Below, in pieces: positions 1 to 9,004 of a DNA stretch of 64,000 nucleotides. Made by a program: the position numbers and the translations under genes. The first letter of the stretch is position 1, and the number at the start of each line of letters is the position of its first letter. This stretch comes from Myxococcota bacterium (GTDB lineage: Bacteria > Myxococcota_A > UBA9160 > UBA4427), in NCBI GenBank assembly GCA_036336835.1, contig JAYZFK010000093.1:20098-84097 (forward strand), read 5' to 3'. Below the pieces are notes generated by a model. It was not told the DNA's origin. It saw only the letters and a list, made by a program, of their open reading frames with translations, and made no database searches.

Positions 1-1929
1 CGGGCTCGGAGAGGGCTCGGGAGGGGTCGCGATCCCAAGATCGCTCGCGGCGGTCTGCGCGCGCTGCTCCAGCGACTGGAGCCGCTCGCGGGCGTGCGCG
101 GCGCCCTGGGCGCTTCCGCTCCGCTGCAAGTCGCGGATCACGGCGGCCACCTGTGTGTGGGCGTCGTGGAAGGCGCGGTCGAGGTCGTCGCGCATCGCGC
201 GGAAGAGCTCGTCGCGTCGGTGTTGCAGGCGCTCGAGCTTGGCGCGGTACTCGTCGCGCGTGGCCTCGCTCTGGGCGCGCAGTCGCACGGTCTCGCGCTG
301 CTCGCGCTCGAGTGCCGAGCGATTGGCGGCAAGCTCCGACAGCATGCGATCGAGCTGGCGATCCTCGCGGTCGAGCAGGGCGTTCGCTCGCTCGAGGACC
401 GCGGCCGGCATGCCCATGCGCGCGGCGACAGCAGTTGCCGAGGACGCGCCGGCCGCGCCGAGCCGCAGTCGGTAGGTGGGTGCCAGCGTCTCCGCCTCGA
501 ACTCGACACTGGCGTTGCGGAAGCGCGAATCGACCTCGGCCATCTCCTTGAGCAGGTTGTAGTGGGTGGTGGTGACGACGCGGGCGCCGGCGTCGGCCAG
601 CCTCTCCAGCACGGATTGCGCGATTGCTGCGCCCTCGCTCGGATCGGTTCCGACCCCGATCTCGTCGAGCACGACCAGCGAGCGCGGCGTCGCCTCGCGC
701 ACCACGGTGGCGAGATTTGCGAGATGGGCGGAGAAGGTCGAGAGGTTCTGACGGATATCCTGCTCGTCGCCGATATCGGCAAGCAGAGCGTCGATCAGCC
801 CGACTCGCGCCCCCGCCGCTGCCGACACGTGGAGCCCGGCCCTCACGCACAACGCGGCGAGGGCGAGTGCCTTCAGGGCCACCGTCTTGCCGCCGGCATT
901 CGGGCCCGAGATCACCAGCACGTTGAAGTCACGCCCGAGCTCGACGTCGCTGGGGACGGCCTCGGCCACGGGGATCAGCGGGTGGCGCAGCGCGCGGAGC
1001 TCGAAGCGACCGCTCTCGTCGATCTCGGGCGGCGTCGCGTCCATCGCCTGCGACAGGTGGCCGCGCGCGAACGCGAGATCGATCCGGATCAGCACTGCGA
1101 GCGAGGCGCGCACGCTGGGTAGTACGAGCGCAAGCTCGTGCGTCAGCGAGCGAAGCACGCGCTCGGTCTCGCGGGCGACGTCGAGCTCCGCCTGCTTCAG
1201 TCGGTTGTTGAGGCCGACTACGCCCTCGGGCTCGATGAAGACGGTGCTGCCTGAGTTCGAGGCGTCGTGGATGATGCCTCGTACGCGCCCGCGCCGGTCC
1301 GATCGTACTGGCAAGACGTAGCGGTCGTTGCGCACCGTCACGAACTCGTCGGACAGGGCCTCGCGCACGTCGTCATTGCGCAGCATGCGCTCGAGTCGCT
1401 GCCGTAGCTCGCTCGCGAGCCGGGTCGACAGCGCGCGCGCCTCGCCCAGCGACGGCGAGGCCTGGTCGCGAACCTCTCCCGACGGGTCGATGCAGCGCTC
1501 GATCCCGCGCGCGAGCTCGCCGTGGTCGCCGATCGCGTCCGCGAGATCAGCCAGTCTGGGCGCCTCGCCCGCGGTACCTGACAGCTGTGCGCCCGCGGCG
1601 TCGAGGGCCGCGAGAACCGAGCCTACGTCGCGCAGCTGGTCGCCAGTCAGCGCGCCGCCCGTCGCGGCGCGCACGAAGGCGGTCTCCAGCTCGCGGTCGA
1701 TTCCGCCGAGGCCCGGTGCCTTGCCGGCGTCGATCAGGCTGCGAGCTTCGGTCGTTTCCGTTAGTCGCTCGCGCACGGCGCTCGCGCTCTGCCCGAAGAT
1801 CGCAAGGTTTCCGTCGGATGCGATCAGCTGTGCGCGCGCCTGCGGTGTTCGGCACTGATCGGCCCACAGTGCCTGGAGCTGTGGCCATTCCAGACGTTCC
1901 AGTGTCTTTTGCTCGACCGAGAATCTCAC
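1..1929 (-). CDS. mutS2: Endonuclease MutS2 (3' part runs off the window)
   Basis: Not in the ORF track because it is open-ended. Minus-strand translation from GTG at 1929: MRFSVEQKTLERLEWPQL..., Walker A VISGPNAGGKT (~890-920), LVVLDEIGVGTDP (~640-680). AAGGAAG RBS upstream. Confidence 0.93.
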   Translation of the reverse strand, partial: MRFSVEQKTLERLEWPQLQALWADQCRTPQARAQLIASDGNLAIFGQSASAVRERLTETTEARSLIDAGKAPGLGGIDRELETAFVRAATGGALTGDQLRDVGSVLAALDAAGAQLSGTAGEAPRLADLADAIGDHGELARGIERCIDPSGEVRDQASPSLGEARALSTRLASELRQRLERMLRNDDVREALSDEFVTVRNDRYVLPVRSDRRGRVRGIIHDASNSGSTVFIEPEGVVGLNNRLKQAELDVARETERVLRSLTHELALVLPSVRASLAVLIRIDLAFARGHLSQAMDATPPEIDESGRFELRALRHPLIPVAEAVPSDVELGRDFNVLVISGPNAGGKTVALKALALAALCVRAGLHVSAAAGARVGLIDALLADIGDEQDIRQNLSTFSAHLANLATVVREATPRSLVVLDEIGVGTDPSEGAAIAQSVLERLADAGARVVTTTHYNLLKEMAEVDSRFRNASVEFEAETLAPTYRLRLGAAGASSATAVAARMGMPAAVLERANALLDREDRQLDRMLSELAANRSALEREQRETVRLRAQSEATRDEYRAKLERLQHRRDELFRAMRDDLDRAFHDAHTQVAAVIRDLQRSGSAQGAAHARERLQSLEQRAQTAASDLGIATPPEPSPSP

Positions 1930-2036
1930 TTGCGACTTCCTTGCCTCTCTCGTGCGCACCTTCTGCGATTGACTAACGAATCCGTTCGGGCGAAGCTCGT
2001 AATATGTCGCGTCGAGCTCTTCGATCGGCCGAATCG

Positions 2037-2894
2037 ATGCCGGGACAGTCGCTCACAGAGGAGATCCTCGAGTCTGCGCGCCATCTCGATCAGCTCAGTG
2101 TAGGCGACTCGCTAGGTCTGATTCACCGCGAGGACGGCGAGGCCTGGAAGGCCGTCGGCCAGCAGATCCCGCGCATCGCGGAGGCGGTCGACGTTCTGGT
2201 CTGCAGCGTTGGCGGCGGCGGTCGTTGGTTCAACGTCGGCGCGGGAACCAGCGGCCGGCTCGGTGTGCTCGACGCCTCCGAGATTCCGCCCACCTTCGGC
2301 ATGTCGCCTCACGTCGTGCAGGGTGTGATCGCCGGTGGCGAGCCGGCCCTGCGCAGCGCGATCGAGGGAGCCGAGGACGACGGCGAGGCCGCCAAGCACG
2401 AACTCCAGAGACGTGGTCTGACGCTAGGCGATGCCGTGATCGGGATCTCCGCCAGTGGAACGACGCCGTTCGCGATCGCCGGGATCGAAGCGGCCCACGA
2501 GGTGGGTGCACGCTCGATCGCAATCACCTGTGTGCCCGAGTCTCCGCTCGCCGAGTCGGCCGAGATCGCCATCGTCCCGCTCACCGGTCCCGAGGTGGTG
2601 ACGGGTTCGACCCGCATGAAGGCGGGTATCGCCCAGAAGATGATCCTGCACATGCTCTCGACCGCTGTCATGGTTCAGCTCGGCCGGGTCGAGGGGAGCC
2701 TGATGACCCACATCTCCCCGGTGTCGCGGAAGCTCCGAAACCGCTCCCTGCGAATCCTGATGACTCTCTCGAGCCTACCGCTCGAAGCCGCCCGGCTCCT
2801 GCTCGCACATCACGACGGTGATCTCGCTGCCGCCCTCGCCGAGGTGCGCAAGGGCGACCCGCAGGGTCCGTCGGGAGGATCCGGGGCCGGATGA
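2037..2894 (+). CDS. murQ: N-acetylmuramic acid 6-phosphate etherase
   Basis: GAGTSGRLGVLDASEIPPTF, GAED, ISASGTTP and GPEVVTGSTRMKAG motifs. Start is ATG 2037 or 2004. Confidence 0.93.
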   Translation: MPGQSLTEEILESARHLDQLSVGDSLGLIHREDGEAWKAVGQQIPRIAEAVDVLVCSVGGGGRWFNVGAGTSGRLGVLDASEIPPTFGMSPHVVQGVIAGGEPALRSAIEGAEDDGEAAKHELQRRGLTLGDAVIGISASGTTPFAIAGIEAAHEVGARSIAITCVPESPLAESAEIAIVPLTGPEVVTGSTRMKAGIAQKMILHMLSTAVMVQLGRVEGSLMTHISPVSRKLRNRSLRILMTLSSLPLEAARLLLAHHDGDLAAALAEVRKGDPQGPSGGSGAG

Positions 2895-2924
2895 CCGAAC
2901 GCACCGGTCGTAGCTGCTGATCGG

Positions 2925-4025
2925 CTACTCGATGCCGTAGACGCGGGCGGCGTTTTCGTAGGTGATCTTGCGTACCGCTTCCTCGCCCAGTTGGATCAGC
3001 GGGCTCTCCTCGATCGCCTTGCGGGACTCGGGCCAGGTACTGTCGCCGTGCGGATAGTCGGATGCCCACATCACGCTGTCGAAGCCGATTCGGGGCAGAC
3101 ACTCGACGCCGAACTCCTCGTCTTCGTAGGTGACGAGCACCTGCCTGCGGAAGATCTCGCTCGGAAGCATCTCGAGGCGATGGTCCAGACACTTGTCGCC
3201 GTACTTGTGAAGCTCGTGGTCTAGGCGTTCGAGCACGTAAGGGATCCAACCGAGGCCGGCTTCGCCCAGTACGAACTTGACGTTGGGCCGTTTCTCGAGG
3301 ATGCCGGAGAAGATCATGCCCGCAAGCAGCTCGTCGAGCTGCATCGGGATCACCGCGACCATCGCTGGGAAGCGCCACGAGTTGGGCCGCGCTTGGAGGC
3401 TGTGCAGGCCGCCTCCGAGGTGGACGTGGATGGGCGTCGCGGTCTCTTCGGCGATGTCCCAGAAGCGCAGCCAGCTGTCCTCGAAGATGGCGTCGACCCC
3501 GCGAGCCTTGGTGTCCGCAGTCCCGCTGATGATCGCGCCGCGGTGCCCGAGTTCGATACAGCGCAGCAGCTCTTCGCTGGCCGCCTGCGGATCCTGCGAC
3601 GGGATATCCGGCAGCGCGATCAAGCGGTTGCGGTCGTGCTGATTGAAGTCCGCTGCCCAGTCGTTGTACGCCTTCAAGCAGGCGTTCTTGAGCTCGGCGT
3701 CGTCGATGGTGAGCGCGGTCGTGGTCGGCGAGTAGATCACGTGCGAGTAGACCCCGTCGCGGTCCATGTCCTTGAGCCGTTCCTCCGGTTGGCTCGGCCG
3801 GAAGCCGAAGTCGCCCGCGGACAGCAGCCCCGCGCTCTTGCGACCGTAGGGCGTGAAGGTTCGACCCTCTGCCTGCCAGTACTCGCCGTCGTCGGTATCG
3901 ACCACGCGCGGCCCGCGCTCGCGCAGCCCTGCGGGCAGCCGCGTCTCCCACAGCTCGCGCGGCAGCACGTAGAGATCCATGTGGTCGTCGGCGGAAATGA
4001 TCTTCTGGTCGGACAGCAGGGACAC
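2925..4025 (-). CDS. Amidohydrolase_2-family metal-dependent hydrolase
   Basis: ISADDH metal motif, IHVH, EAGLGWIPY, WASDYPHGDSTWP. Confidence 0.85.
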   Translation of the reverse strand: MSLLSDQKIISADDHMDLYVLPRELWETRLPAGLRERGPRVVDTDDGEYWQAEGRTFTPYGRKSAGLLSAGDFGFRPSQPEERLKDMDRDGVYSHVIYSPTTTALTIDDAELKNACLKAYNDWAADFNQHDRNRLIALPDIPSQDPQAASEELLRCIELGHRGAIISGTADTKARGVDAIFEDSWLRFWDIAEETATPIHVHLGGGLHSLQARPNSWRFPAMVAVIPMQLDELLAGMIFSGILEKRPNVKFVLGEAGLGWIPYVLERLDHELHKYGDKCLDHRLEMLPSEIFRRQVLVTYEDEEFGVECLPRIGFDSVMWASDYPHGDSTWPESRKAIEESPLIQLGEEAVRKITYENAARVYGIE

Positions 4026-4083
4026 GGGTGTTCTCCTTGGGGTGGGGCGGATGATACTCGAACCGCGCCGCTCGACTCTAGCG

Positions 4084-5253
4084 TCAGATCGCCCGCTCGC
4101 CCGTGATGTGTTCGCCGAGGATCAGGGTGTGGACGTCGTGCGTTCCCTCGTACGTTCGGACCGTCTCCAGGTTCAGCATGTGTCGCATCGACTGGTAGTC
4201 GTCGACGATCCCGTTGGCGCCGAGCAGGTCGCGGGCCTCGCGCGCGACGCCAAGCGCGATATCCACGTTGTTGCGCTTGATCATCGAGACCATCGTGTGG
4301 TGCAGGTCGCCCGCGTCCTTGATGCGGCCGACGTGGAGCGCGAGCAGCTGGCCCTTGGTGATCTCCGTCAGCATGTCGACGAGCTTCGCCTGCGTCAGCT
4401 GCTTGCCCGCGAGTGGCCCATTCTGGACGATGCGCTCCTTCGAGTACTGCAGTGCCTCGTCGTAGCAGGCCATGGCGGCACCGAGCGCGCCCCAGGCGAT
4501 CCCGTACCGCGCCTGGTTGAGACACGACAGTGGCGCGCCCACGCCCGTCGCACCGGGCAGTCGGTTCGTCTCGGGCACCTCGACGTCGCGCAGGAACAGC
4601 TCGCTGGTGACCGAGCCGCGCAGCGAGAACTTGCCCTTGATGTCGCGCGCCTCGAATCCCGGGCGGTCGGGCTCGACCACGAACCCGTTCACGCCTTCGT
4701 CGGTCTTCGCCCAGATGATCGCGAGCTGCGCGAGGCTGCCGTTGGTGATCCAGCGTTTCGTGCCGTTGAGTAGCCAGCTGTCGCCGCGCTTCTCGGCGCT
4801 CGTGCGCATGCCGGTCACGAAGCTGCCGAAGTCGGGCTCGGTCAGGCCGAAGCAGCCGATCAGCTCGCCGGTCGCCATGGCCGGGAGCCAGCGCTCTCGC
4901 TGCTCCTGCGAGCCGTAGGTGCGGATCGGGAACATGCAGAGCGATCCCTGTACGGAGGCGAATGACCGCAGTCCCGAGTCGCCGCGCTCGAGCTCCTGCA
5001 TCATCAGTCCGTAGGCGACGTTGTTCATACCGGCGCAGCCGTAGCCCTCGAGGTTCGCGCCGAACATGCCGAGCGCGGCCATCTGCGGGACGAGCTCCAG
5101 CGGAAACGAGCCGTCCTGGCGGACGTGCTCCTGGATGCGCGGCAGGAACTCGCCGGTCACCCAGTCGCGCGTCGACTTGCGGACGAGCTGCTCCTCGTCG
5201 CTGAAGCTCGTGGCGTCGAGCTGCAGGAAATCAGGAGCGGTGAAGTCGGGCAT
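4084..5253 (-). CDS. gcdH: Acyl-CoA dehydrogenase, glutaryl-CoA dehydrogenase-like
   Basis: ELERGDSGLRSFASVQGSL, GCFGLTEPDFGS, LNQARYGIAWG, TYEGTHDVHTLILG. Confidence 0.85.
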   Translation of the reverse strand: MPDFTAPDFLQLDATSFSDEEQLVRKSTRDWVTGEFLPRIQEHVRQDGSFPLELVPQMAALGMFGANLEGYGCAGMNNVAYGLMMQELERGDSGLRSFASVQGSLCMFPIRTYGSQEQRERWLPAMATGELIGCFGLTEPDFGSFVTGMRTSAEKRGDSWLLNGTKRWITNGSLAQLAIIWAKTDEGVNGFVVEPDRPGFEARDIKGKFSLRGSVTSELFLRDVEVPETNRLPGATGVGAPLSCLNQARYGIAWGALGAAMACYDEALQYSKERIVQNGPLAGKQLTQAKLVDMLTEITKGQLLALHVGRIKDAGDLHHTMVSMIKRNNVDIALGVAREARDLLGANGIVDDYQSMRHMLNLETVRTYEGTHDVHTLILGEHITGERAI

Positions 5254-5334
5254 GTGCGCTCCAGGGCGAAGGGACGAGCCTGCGCAGGGTAGCCCTCCGA
5301 GACCGGAACGAGTCGAGACTGGGAAGGACCCGTG

Positions 5335-5377
5335 GCAGCGAGAGGCCCGATGGCAGCGCCATCGGGCCTCTCGCTGC
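5335..5377. terminator. Perfect 20-bp inverted repeat just downstream of the phasin-like gene (terminator or mRNA-stabilising hairpin)
   Basis: GCAGCGAGAGGCCCGATGGC-AGC-GCCATCGGGCCTCTCGCTGC; no U-tract on the minus strand. Confidence 0.6.
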
Positions 5378-5394
5378 GTCTTCTACCCCGGCGT

Positions 5395-5841
5395 CTACTG
5401 GAGAGTCGTCGGGCTCGGCGGCTCGGGTCGGGCGTCGTGAGCCTCTTCGAGTGCCTTCAGCTTCTTGTTGAGCTGGTTGAGCTTGCGCTGGAGCTTCTTT
5501 ACGTCGGCGGCGGTGGCGATCTGGAAGGTTCCCAGCACCTCGTCGATCCGGCTCTCCATTCGCTTGGTCGTGTCCTGGCGCAGCTTGCGGGCGCGCTTGA
5601 CGAATTCGCTGTCCTGGATGTCGCGCTCGAGATCGTTCTGGAACTTCTCGGCGCGCTTCACCAGATCGCTGCGGCGAAGATCCTTCTGGAGCTTGCCCAC
5701 CCGCTCGCGCGCGTCCTTCTCGAACGACTTGCGCTGCTTGGCGAGGCGCTTCTGAAAGGACTCGATCTCGTCGCGCATCGACTCGAACGTCTCCTGCAGA
5801 CGGTCGTAGCTCTCTTCGATGATGTTGGTCTGCTCGGCCAT
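5395..5841 (-). CDS. Phasin-like (PhaF/PhaI-type) coiled-coil granule-associated protein
   Basis: ATG 5841 preceded by GAGGAGG RBS; highly helical and charged; C-terminal IATAADVKKLQRKLNQLNKKLKALE resembles PhaF/PhaI-type phasins. Confidence 0.6.
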   Translation of the reverse strand: MAEQTNIIEESYDRLQETFESMRDEIESFQKRLAKQRKSFEKDARERVGKLQKDLRRSDLVKRAEKFQNDLERDIQDSEFVKRARKLRQDTTKRMESRIDEVLGTFQIATAADVKKLQRKLNQLNKKLKALEEAHDARPEPPSPTTLQ

Positions 5842-5906
5842 GCTGGCTTCCTCCTCGCGGGCGGACTGCTCCGCGGGCTCCGGGCGGTTCGATTCGGTCG
5901 CGAGCA

Positions 5907-6016
5907 ATCTTAACGCCTCGCGTTATAATGTCAACGCGAAGCGTCAAAATAGATTTTATCTATAGTTTTTAATGAGTTATTAGATGAGTTGCCGGTCAAT
6001 ATAACGCGTTGCGTCG
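5907..6016 (-). promoter_or_regulatory. AT-rich promoter region of the phasin-like gene: sigma70-like TTGACA-N16-TAAGAT plus three YAACGC-N3-GCGTYR operator-like palindromes
   Basis: Minus-strand TTGACA at 5934-5929 and TAAGAT at 5912-5907; palindromes at 5911-5925, 5932-5946 and 6002-6016. Confidence 0.65.
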
Positions 6017-6049
6017 GCGGTGGGCGTGCCGCCCTGCGTCGTACCGCGC

Positions 6050-7063
6050 CTACCAGCGCACCACGGCGCTGCCCCAGGAGAAGCCCGAGCCAAAGCCGGT
6101 CAGGGAGACCAGCTGGCCGCGCGCCAGCCGCCCGCCCCGCGTCGCCTCGGCCAGCAGCGCGGGGATCGAAGCCGCCGAGCAGTTGCCGTAGCGCTGGATG
6201 TTGTTGAAGGTCCGCTGCTCGGGGATCTGGAGCGCGCCGGCCACGTACTCGTTGATCCGCAGGTTGGCCTGGTGGAAGAGGAACAGGTCGACGTCCTCGA
6301 GCTTGACCCCCGCCTCCGAGAGCACCTGCTGCAGCACCTCGGGCATGCGCCGCACCGCGTGCTTGAACACGAAGCGACCCTCCATGTGCGGCCAGTGCTG
6401 GCCGGCGTCGAGCATCTCGTGGGTGATGCGGGGTGTGACGCCCGAGGCCGGCGCCTCGACGCACAGCCGCATGGCGTGCTCGCCTTGCGCGCCCAGTCGT
6501 ACGCCCAGGATCTCGCCCGGGTCGCTCGGGTCCCGGTTCGCCTCGACCACGACGGCACCGGCGCCGTCGCCGAAGATTACGCTCACGTCGCGGCCCTGCG
6601 TCGACAAGTCGAGGCCCGTCGAGTGCACTTCGGCGCCCACCACCAGCACCCGCTCGTAGCGCCCGGCCTGGACCAGGCTGTCGGCGAACGAGAGCGCGTA
6701 GAGGAAGCCCGTGCACTGCGCGTGCAGATCGATGCACGGCGTCTCGGACAGGCCCAGACGCTCCTGCAAGAAGAACGACGTCCCCGGGAAGTGATGCTCG
6801 GGCGAGAGCGTCGCGAGCAGGATGCAGTCGAGATCGTCGGCCTCGAGCCCGGCGTCCTCGAGCGCCGCCAGCGAGGCGGCCTGGGCGAGATCGGCGGGCG
6901 TCTGCCCCTCCTCGATCCAGCGCCGCTCGCGGATGCCCGTGCGCTGCTGGATCCACTCGTCCGAGGTGTCCATCAGTTTGGCCAGATCCTCGTTGGTGAC
7001 GACCTTGCTCGGCACGTACATCCCCGTGCCGCTGATCCGGCTGCGCGTGATCTCTCGAGCCAT
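6050..7063 (-). CDS. fabH: 3-oxoacyl-ACP synthase III (FabH family)
   Basis: DTSDEWIQQRTGIRERR, AQCTGF (catalytic Cys), FGDGAGA, HQANLRI, YGNCSAAS. Confidence 0.92.
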   Translation of the reverse strand: MAREITRSRISGTGMYVPSKVVTNEDLAKLMDTSDEWIQQRTGIRERRWIEEGQTPADLAQAASLAALEDAGLEADDLDCILLATLSPEHHFPGTSFFLQERLGLSETPCIDLHAQCTGFLYALSFADSLVQAGRYERVLVVGAEVHSTGLDLSTQGRDVSVIFGDGAGAVVVEANRDPSDPGEILGVRLGAQGEHAMRLCVEAPASGVTPRITHEMLDAGQHWPHMEGRFVFKHAVRRMPEVLQQVLSEAGVKLEDVDLFLFHQANLRINEYVAGALQIPEQRTFNNIQRYGNCSAASIPALLAEATRGGRLARGQLVSLTGFGSGFSWGSAVVRW

Positions 7064-7076
7064 GCTTCGGTTCCCC

Positions 7077-8759
7077 TCACCCGCCTCGAGCGGCCAGGCC
7101 CTCGAGCCGTCGCTTTTCGAAGTCCGTCAGTCCGTCGCTCCAGAGCATTGTCTCCGCCTTCTCGAGCAGCTCCGCGAAGCCGGTCCGCTCGAGCGCCGAC
7201 ACGGCGACCGCGTCGTAGCGCCCGGCCAGAGTCTCGCCCATGCCCGGTGGCAGCTTGTCGACCTGGTTGAACACGAGCAGCTCGGGCAGCTCTTCCAGCC
7301 CGATCTCTCCGATCACCCCGCGCACCACCTCGATGCGGCGTTCGAAGTCCTCGGCCGATGCGTCGACGACATGCAGCAGCAGGCTCGCGTCCTCGAGCTC
7401 TTCGAGCGTCGCCCGGAAGGCCTCGACCAGCTCGGCCGGGAGGTCGCGGATGAAGCCCACCGTGTCGGTGATGATGACCTCGCGATCGCGCGGAAAGCGC
7501 AGGCGTCGCGACACCGGATCGAGCGTCGCGAACATCTTGTCCTCGACGAGCACCTCGGTCTTCGTGAGCGCGCGAAGCAGTGTGCTCTTGCCCGCGTTCG
7601 TGTAGCCGACGATCGACAAGACCGGCACGCCGCGGCGATCGCGCCGACGCCGGCGGTTGCTGCGCTGGCCCGCGAGCTTGGCGAGATCGCGCTGCAGGCG
7701 TGTGATGCGATCTCGCGTGCGCCGGCGATCCATCTCGAGCTTCGTTTCACCGGGACCGCGCCCGCCGATCCCGCCCGCGAGCCGCGACAGCGAGAGATCG
7801 GCGCGCTGCGCCAGCCGGGGCAGCCGATATTGCAGCTGCGCGAGTTCGACCTGAAGCTTGCCGTCCCGCGTCTTGGCGTGCTGAGCGAAGATGTCGAGAA
7901 TCAGCTGCGTGCGGTCGATTACGCACAGCTCCATGCGGTCGGCCAGGTTGCGCGCCTGAGTGGGCGTGAGGTTCTGATCGAAGATCACGAGATCGGCGTC
8001 CTGCTGGAAGCTGCGGATCGCGAGATCGTCGAGCTTGCCGCGTCCGATGACGGTCTTCGGATCCGGACGAGGTTTGAACTGAGTCACGGTGTCGACGACC
8101 TCGACGCCCGCGGAACGCGCCAGCTCGCACAGCTCGTCCATATCGGTCTCGAGCTCCTCGCGCCGCCGCCCGGCGGTCACCGCGACCAGGATCGCGCGCT
8201 CGCCGTCGCCCACCTCGCGCCCGGTGTCGAGGCGGGCGAGGTCCGCCTCGAGGTCTCGCATCAACGCCTGGAAGTCGACGGCGAGCTCCGCTGGCGGAGC
8301 CGGATCCAGTCGCTCGGTCGGGTCTTCGCCGTCACTGCGTGTGGCGCGCAGCGTGGCCGTGTGCGTGAGCCCCGGCAGGCCGTTCTGGCCGACGGCGATC
8401 GTGACCATCGCGTCGAGTCGCAGCAGCGCGAGGTCCGTCAGGTCGTCACGCGTCAGGCCCTCGCCGGCGAGATGGGTGTGGATGCATCGGATGCCGCGCA
8501 GCCGCCCGCGACCGGCGCGCAGGCGGCCCCAGTCGGGCAGCTCGATGCCGTGCGGGCCACCGACCATGACGTGGGTCACCTGCCCGCGGCGGTCGACCAG
8601 CACGCCGACCTGGCGACGGATCTCGTGACTCAGCTCGCTGAGCTCGCGTGCGAGTTCGTTGTTCAGAAGCCGATCCGCCGGCAATCGCCGCCGGAACAAT
8701 CGGTCGAGTCGCTTGGCTTGCCCGGCCTTCAGGCCGTGCGTGTTCCCGTAGATCTGGAT
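7077..8759 (-). CDS. hflX: GTPase HflX, long N-terminal type; probable ATC start
   Basis: GRGPGETKLE, VGYTNAGKST, FATLDP, DTVGF. The conserved-looking N-terminus IQIYGNTHGLK lies upstream of the first TTG (8699), with a GGAG RBS 7 nt before ATC at 8759. Confidence 0.92.
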   Translation of the reverse strand: MQIYGNTHGLKAGQAKRLDRLFRRRLPADRLLNNELARELSELSHEIRRQVGVLVDRRGQVTHVMVGGPHGIELPDWGRLRAGRGRLRGIRCIHTHLAGEGLTRDDLTDLALLRLDAMVTIAVGQNGLPGLTHTATLRATRSDGEDPTERLDPAPPAELAVDFQALMRDLEADLARLDTGREVGDGERAILVAVTAGRRREELETDMDELCELARSAGVEVVDTVTQFKPRPDPKTVIGRGKLDDLAIRSFQQDADLVIFDQNLTPTQARNLADRMELCVIDRTQLILDIFAQHAKTRDGKLQVELAQLQYRLPRLAQRADLSLSRLAGGIGGRGPGETKLEMDRRRTRDRITRLQRDLAKLAGQRSNRRRRRDRRGVPVLSIVGYTNAGKSTLLRALTKTEVLVEDKMFATLDPVSRRLRFPRDREVIITDTVGFIRDLPAELVEAFRATLEELEDASLLLHVVDASAEDFERRIEVVRGVIGEIGLEELPELLVFNQVDKLPPGMGETLAGRYDAVAVSALERTGFAELLEKAETMLWSDGLTDFEKRRLEGLAARGG

Positions 8760-9004
8760 GGGTGGTCTCCCCGTCTCGCGGCGTCAGGCGCGGGCCCCCC
8801 GCCCGGGTGGCGGCTCGAGCGTGGGCCCAAGCATACCGAGCAGCGTCGGTCCGCCGTCGTCCCGATCAGCAGACAAATCGGATCCCCGCGGGGGTCGAGC
8901 CTGGAGTCGCGCCATGGGTGTACATTTTCGACCCGCGCCCGCTCTCCGGGACTGCAACCGGAGCTTCATGGCTAGCGTCAGAGCTTCCGAAGAGTAGGAG
9001 CAGG

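Noticed and set aside
94..1858. Several plus-strand ORFs (e.g. 94-1122, 1328-1858)
   Set aside because: Antisense shadows of mutS2; no motifs, and typical of high-GC DNA.
8784..8915. 43-codon minus-strand ORF (MARLQARPP...) ending at the TGA upstream of hflX, considered as a leader peptide or read-through extension
   Set aside because: No clear RBS and no recognisable features; an ATC start with its own RBS explains hflX more simply.
8941..8966. Hairpin CTCCGG-GACTGCAA-CCGGAG upstream of glmU, resembling a tRNA anticodon arm or riboswitch part
   Set aside because: No D/T arms, acceptor stem or recognisable riboswitch consensus; a 6-bp stem is expected by chance.
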